From: Desulfatiglandales bacterium
Lineage (GTDB): Bacteria; Desulfobacterota; DSM-4660; Desulfatiglandales; HGW-15
NCBI GenBank assembly: GCA_963667015.2
Contig: CAXXJJ010000001.1
Location: forward strand, 32,001-96,000
DNA: 64,000 bases
Direction of reading: 5' to 3'
The stretch's first letter is position 1; the number at the start of each line of letters is the position of its first letter. Shown here one piece after another: positions 59,158 through 64,000 of this stretch. Both the position numbers and the translations under genes were made by a program. Below the pieces are notes generated by a model. That model was not told where the DNA came from and did no database searches. It saw only the letters and a program-made list of their open reading frames with translations.

Positions 59158-59946
59158 ATGATAAATCGCAATATTTACATAATATCTGTTTTTTTTATTC
59201 TGCTGTCAGTCGGCCTTTTTGTTTCTGCAGACGAATCAAGTGACCTTATGGTAAGGGGGATTGATTGTTTCAACAGTGCCTACAACCACTGGGATGAAAA
59301 AGAATTCCTTTCAAGTCTTGATTTGTTTAAAGAGGCTTCCAGGGCAGGCCAGAATGACGGACTGGCAGAATACTGGTCAGGCGCTGTCTACTTTTTTCTG
59401 GCCCAGTATAACCTGTTTACATATGAAAAACCCACATACAAAAAACAGGGAATTGAAAATGTAAAAAAGGGCATTGAGGCCCTGACACGATCCATTGAGC
59501 TGGCCCCCGATTTCAGTGAGAGCTATGCGCTGCGCGGTGTATTAAGGGGTATACTTATTAAGATGAAACCTTCGTCAGTATTTACACAGGGGCGCAAAGT
59601 GGGTAAAGACCGCGACAAAGCCCTTGCTCTTGACAGGTTCAACCCCCGAGTTCATTACCTGACCGGTGTCAGTTTCTGGCATGCCCCTGAAATTCTGGGC
59701 GGGCGTGATAAGGCCCTGAAGCCTCTTCTTGAGGCAGAAAAATTATTTGAAAAGGAAAAAAAGAAGGCAAAAGGAAAGCTTCTTCCCAGTTGGGGGCAGA
59801 GCACATGTCTGGCATTTATCGGCGATATGTATCTGGAACAGAATAAAATCAGTAATGCCAGTGAGTATTACAACAAGGCACTGGAAATAAATCCGGAAGA
59901 TCCCCTGGCAAAGAGAGGATTAAAGAAACTGGGGTCATTAAAATAA
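59158..59946 (+). CDS. Exported TPR-repeat protein
   Basis: Signal peptide; TPR-like helices (ALTRSIELAPDFSESYALRG; ASEYYNKALEINPEDPLA). Confidence 0.8.
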   Translation: MINRNIYIISVFFILLSVGLFVSADESSDLMVRGIDCFNSAYNHWDEKEFLSSLDLFKEASRAGQNDGLAEYWSGAVYFFLAQYNLFTYEKPTYKKQGIENVKKGIEALTRSIELAPDFSESYALRGVLRGILIKMKPSSVFTQGRKVGKDRDKALALDRFNPRVHYLTGVSFWHAPEILGGRDKALKPLLEAEKLFEKEKKKAKGKLLPSWGQSTCLAFIGDMYLEQNKISNASEYYNKALEINPEDPLAKRGLKKLGSLK

Positions 59947-59967
59947 TATAGATGAAAGGATCAGTTT

Positions 59968-61473
59968 ATGGCTGATAAAAACAGTAAACAGGTCATAGTA
60001 ATAGGTGCAGGCCTGGGAGGCCTTTCTGCGGCCATATCTCTTGCAGTCAAAGGGTATTCCGTACATTTATATGAAAAAAATGACAAAGTCGGGGGAAAGC
60101 TTAACGTCCTGAAAAAGGATGGATTTTCATTTGATATGGGCCCTTCCATTCTCACCCTTCCTCACTATTTTCGAAGACTCTGGACAAGGGCCGGGAGACG
60201 AATGGAGGAAGATGTGACCCTGGAACCCGTCACTCCCCACTGGAGAAATTTTTTTGAGGACGGGACAGTAATTGACCTTCATATGGATCCCTCTGAAATG
60301 AAGAATGAGTTATTGAAACTGGGAGATCCTGAACTTGAAAAACATTTCACTGAATTCATGAAATATTCAGCGAAACAGTATGATCTTATTGAAGAGGGAT
60401 ATTTTGAAAAGGGTCTTGATACAAAAAAGGATTTCATATCATTCTATGACTGGAAGAATATACTTAAAATAGACTACTGGACAACCATGCACAGGCGAGT
60501 GAAAAAGCGCCTTAAGAATCCATACCTTGTGGATATAATGGACTACTTCATAAAATACGTCGGCTCCTCCGCCCTGAAGGCCCCCGCATTTATGAATCTT
60601 ATGCCCACCATACAGTTCCGGTATGACCTCTGGTATGTAAAGGGAGGTATGTACAATCTTGCCCTTGGTATGGAAACTCTCGCAAAATCCCTTGGTATAG
60701 AAATAAACCTGAACGCAGAAGTGGCGTCGATTGAAAAAGAGGATAATCAGGTTCGGGGAATTCGTCTTGTCGATGGAGCCTTTCATGCCTCGGATATTCT
60801 TGTTTCCAACATGGAGGTAATCCCTGCCTATGAAAGGCTTCTTAAGGAAGATGATGAATTTCTGAATGAACTTAAACCCTTTGAGCCAGCATGCTCAGGT
60901 CTGGTGCTCCATATCGGAACGGACCGACCCTTTCCTCAGCTTGCCCATCACAACTTCTTTTTTGCCAGGGATCAGGAAAGGCATTTTCAATCGGTTTTCG
61001 AAGAGGGGAAGATACCGGAAGATCCCACCCTCTATGTTGTTGCTCCCTCCAGAACAGACCCCTCGGTATGTCCTCAAGGGTGCGACAATATAAAAATTCT
61101 TCCCCATATTCCTCATTTAAAAAAACAGGATAATCCTTCCCATGAGGACTATCTTGCATTGAGAGATCGCATACTTGAAAAGATGGAAAGGACAGGGCTC
61201 AAGGGATTGAGGGAGAGTATCATCACAGAGGACATGTGGACTCCGGTGGATATTGAGAGGCATTATTATTCAAATGGAGGCTCGATTTACGGCGTTGTTT
61301 CAGACAGAAAAAAGAATTTTGCCCTCAAATGCCCCAAAAAGAGCATAAAATACAGCAATCTTTTTTTTACAGGCGGTTCGGTAAACCCGGGCGGAGGAAT
61401 GCCCATGGTGGTTCTTTCAGGTCAGAATGTTGCAGATATGATACATGAAGAATTTACCGGCGGAGCCGTATAG
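59968..61473 (+). CDS. crtP: Diapolycopene/diaponeurosporene oxygenase (CrtP/CrtNb-like)
   Basis: IGAGLGGLSAAISLA, FDMGPSILTLP, YFIKYVGSSA, VSNMEVIPAY, GSIYGVVSD, GGSVNPGGGMPMV; directly followed by a crtQ-like gene. Confidence 0.75.
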   Translation: MADKNSKQVIVIGAGLGGLSAAISLAVKGYSVHLYEKNDKVGGKLNVLKKDGFSFDMGPSILTLPHYFRRLWTRAGRRMEEDVTLEPVTPHWRNFFEDGTVIDLHMDPSEMKNELLKLGDPELEKHFTEFMKYSAKQYDLIEEGYFEKGLDTKKDFISFYDWKNILKIDYWTTMHRRVKKRLKNPYLVDIMDYFIKYVGSSALKAPAFMNLMPTIQFRYDLWYVKGGMYNLALGMETLAKSLGIEINLNAEVASIEKEDNQVRGIRLVDGAFHASDILVSNMEVIPAYERLLKEDDEFLNELKPFEPACSGLVLHIGTDRPFPQLAHHNFFFARDQERHFQSVFEEGKIPEDPTLYVVAPSRTDPSVCPQGCDNIKILPHIPHLKKQDNPSHEDYLALRDRILEKMERTGLKGLRESIITEDMWTPVDIERHYYSNGGSIYGVVSDRKKNFALKCPKKSIKYSNLFFTGGSVNPGGGMPMVVLSGQNVADMIHEEFTGGAV

Positions 61474-61475
61474 AA

Positions 61476-62573
61476 ATGTTCTGGTTCGGCCTTCCTGTTA
61501 TTGTTTCTGTTTTTATCGGATTTATACTGTTTTATCGATTTCCTGTCCTGGAATTAAAAGAAAAAAAATCTGACACCCCTCCAAAAATAAGCATTATCAT
61601 TCCTGCAAGGGATGAGGAATATAACCTGCCTGCGCTTTTATCTTCGCTGAAAAATCAGACGGTTTTGCCCCATGAAATAATTGTGGTTGATGACAATTCT
61701 AATGATGGAACAGTCCGCACAGCAAAAGAACATGGCGCGAAGGTTTTTTCTTCCGGACCATTGCCGGAAGGGTGGATGGGAAAACCGTGGAGCTGCTTTC
61801 AGGGGGCTGGCAGGGCAAAGGGAGATCTGTTTGTCTTCCTTGATGCAGATACATTTCTGGCACCTGATGCCCTTGAGAAGATTGCATGTAATTTTTCTAA
61901 AGGGGCGGGTGCTGTTTCTATTTTCCCCTTTCACCGAATAAAAAAAATCCATGAATCCTTTTCGGCAATTTTTAACCTTATGCAGCTTGCGGGAATGTAT
62001 AAAGTTTCTATTAAAAGAAATCCTGATCCCTGCGGGATGTTCGGCCCGTGCCTGGTAATCTCACGTAAAGATTATTTTAAAATCCAAGGGCACAAATCTG
62101 TACGCGGTGAAGTACTGGAACATTATATTATGGCTGCTGTTTTAATAGAAAATAATGTACCGGTCCGCCTTTTCAGGGGAAAGGGTTGTATAAATGTGAG
62201 GATGTATCCGGAGGGATGGATGTCCGTAATAAAGGGATGGAGTAAATCCTTTACCCGGGGGGCTGATCAGACCCCGGGCCTGAACATGTCCCTCAGCGTC
62301 ATGTGGATATCAGGACTGACTGTTTCATCTGTATTTTTTACCTGTTCATTATTATTTTCAGGTAATATGTTTGGCATATATTTCTGGACGGCTGTTTACC
62401 TTATCTGTGTAATACAGGTCTTTATCCTTCTTCGTAGTATCGGTAATTTTCCTTTATGGTCTGCTCTTTTATACCCTTTAAACCTTATTTTTTTTCTAAC
62501 TGTTTTTACCTTTTCCTCATACCGATCATCTAAAAACAGGAATGTTGAGTGGAAAGGAAGAAAAATTAACTAG
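61476..62573 (+). CDS. crtQ: GT2 glycosyltransferase (4,4'-diaponeurosporenoate glycosyltransferase, CrtQ-like)
   Basis: SIIIPARDEE, VVDDNS.D.T, PEGWMGKPWSC, FLDAD, FGPCL, RMYPEG...GWSK, VEWKGR. Confidence 0.75.
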   Translation: MFWFGLPVIVSVFIGFILFYRFPVLELKEKKSDTPPKISIIIPARDEEYNLPALLSSLKNQTVLPHEIIVVDDNSNDGTVRTAKEHGAKVFSSGPLPEGWMGKPWSCFQGAGRAKGDLFVFLDADTFLAPDALEKIACNFSKGAGAVSIFPFHRIKKIHESFSAIFNLMQLAGMYKVSIKRNPDPCGMFGPCLVISRKDYFKIQGHKSVRGEVLEHYIMAAVLIENNVPVRLFRGKGCINVRMYPEGWMSVIKGWSKSFTRGADQTPGLNMSLSVMWISGLTVSSVFFTCSLLFSGNMFGIYFWTAVYLICVIQVFILLRSIGNFPLWSALLYPLNLIFFLTVFTFSSYRSSKNRNVEWKGRKIN

Positions 62574-63713
62574 TGTTTAGTTGCTTAAATTACCGACAGT
62601 ATTTTTAAGTTGTGCCCCTTTGACGTCTCGCTTTCGCCAAATAAAAGGTTTGGGGGATTTATTATAGTATTTAATATATGATTCAATTGCATCTTTGAGT
62701 TTGGTAGTATTTTCAAAGCCAGCACCCCTAAGGACTTTTCGGGTAAAAATACCAAACCAGATTTCAATTTGATTCAACCAGCTTGCTGATGTCGGCGTAA
62801 AGTGAAAGTATACATTTGGATGTTTTTGCAACCATTCTTCATTTTTCTTATGGGTGCAATAATTATCCAGAATGACATGAACTTCTCTATTACTTGGTAA
62901 GTCAATGACGATATCATCCATGAATGCAATAAAGTCAGATCTTTTTTTCTCTTTCGTCACTTTACCAAGGACTTTACCGGTCGCAATTTCTAAAGCCGCA
63001 AAAAGGTTGAGTGTGCCATGTCGTTTATAAGTACTTTTATACGCCTGAACTATTTTACCATTATTAACTTTTATATATCCGGTCTGCCTTTCAAGAGCTT
63101 GAATACTTGGTTTTTCATCCACCGAAATTACAATAGCATTTAGTGGTGGATTAAGATACAGGCCGATAATATCGGTTGATTTTGTAACAAACTGTGGATC
63201 GGTGCTTATGCACCAACTACGTTTTCTACTTAACTGTATGCCTTCTTCACGCAAAAGTCGCCATACTGCATGGGTAGAAGTTTTTAAATTTTCAGCAATT
63301 AGTGGGCCATCCCAGCTTGCGTGCCCGCTAGGCGGCTTGGTTTCCAGTAGTTCCAGCACTCTATTGCGGAAGTTTTTATCATATGTTTTTGGTTTTCCGG
63401 ATCTGGGTTTATCATAAAGGCCCAAAATTCCATTTTCATTAAACCTTTTTCTAATATCGGAAACAGTATTTGCGCGGATGCTAAATCGTTTTGCTATATC
63501 TTTGTTTTGCGTACCATCAAGGCTTAATAGCAATATTTTTGCTTTGTCCACCAACCGCGATTCAGATGTGCGGCTTGATGCGAGTTTTTCTAATTCGGCT
63601 CTTTGGTTATCGCTACAACTGATACTCATTGCTTTCTTGGGCATTTTATTCTCCATGGAAGGTTGATATGTGCCCAAGTACATATATTAACGATTATTAT
63701 TGCAAGTAAACAC
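62573..63713 (-). mobile_element. IS630-family insertion sequence
   Basis: Terminal IRs GTGTTTAGTTGC / GCAAGTAAACAC, each flanked by TA (62571-72 and 63714-15) in a CTAG context. Confidence 0.9.
62577..63644 (-). CDS. IS630-family transposase
   Basis: HTH, RSGKP, VDEKPSIQAL, YKRHGT, ILDNYCTHK, FTPTSASWLNQIEIWF (DDE). Start 63644 or 63683. Confidence 0.95.
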   Translation of the reverse strand: MPKKAMSISCSDNQRAELEKLASSRTSESRLVDKAKILLLSLDGTQNKDIAKRFSIRANTVSDIRKRFNENGILGLYDKPRSGKPKTYDKNFRNRVLELLETKPPSGHASWDGPLIAENLKTSTHAVWRLLREEGIQLSRKRSWCISTDPQFVTKSTDIIGLYLNPPLNAIVISVDEKPSIQALERQTGYIKVNNGKIVQAYKSTYKRHGTLNLFAALEIATGKVLGKVTKEKKRSDFIAFMDDIVIDLPSNREVHVILDNYCTHKKNEEWLQKHPNVYFHFTPTSASWLNQIEIWFGIFTRKVLRGAGFENTTKLKDAIESYIKYYNKSPKPFIWRKRDVKGAQLKNTVGNLSN

Positions 63714-64000
63714 TAGTAATAAGAAAACTGTTTATATACTTATAATAACAGATAAAAATAGTGGCAACAATAAAACACATCAAATAAACCGGTGAAGGTG
63801 CAACCCTCTATCAAGGCATGCCCGATAAACAACAAGTTAATTATTGTAAAAAAAAATGAGATTGGTTAATCTTCTATCAGTTATACACAAGATCCATCTT
63901 TCATACACACTGCAAAGATGATAATAATATGAAGCATTTTATTACAGGCTGCGCCTGTGAAAATTGAGGTCTCCTCCATGAACCATTCCGGACTTTCCAG

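Noticed and set aside
63717..64000. Partial gene at the right edge
   Set aside because: Short open frames exist on the minus strand but none is recognisable; it cannot be assigned without the next window.

Overview
This is bacterial chromosomal DNA. The gene content (sigma-54 control, a UGSC-type selenoprotein, CBS and PilZ-like proteins) suggests an anaerobic Desulfobacterota/deltaproteobacterium, but that is inference. Family names were recognised by eye from motifs; no searches were run. The left half (1-31.7 kb, all minus strand) is one accessory locus with three parts. (i) An extracellular contractile injection system (eCIS, AFP/PVC-like) operon: DUF4255 cap, two sheaths, two tubes, tube initiator, split gpD/gp5 spike, gp25 and baseplate J running off the left edge. 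It includes an 834-aa membrane-anchored unknown between spike and gp25. (ii) A ~14.7-kb cassette of four giant uncharacterised genes: ~1570 aa split by one in-frame TAA, 671 aa, DUF6603-like ~1180 aa and 1106 aa. A low-GC putative cell-wall hydrolase gene is inserted in it. (iii) A sigma-54 activator with a degenerate receiver domain. Both the cassette and the eCIS operon begin with a copy of the same block: activator 3' end, candidate UAS, sigma-54 promoter, DUF3467 gene. The two copies are direct repeats 15,841 bp apart with a 384-bp identical core, so the cassette looks co-regulated with the eCIS. The right half is mixed: serA, S1/P1 nuclease, SNF2 helicase, mirror-image STN/surface-protein operons, VIT-vWA GlyGly-CTERM protein with rhombosortase, a UGA-recoded selenoprotein with SECIS, a SirTM/macrodomain pair, a dispersed C30-carotenoid gene set and an IS630 element.
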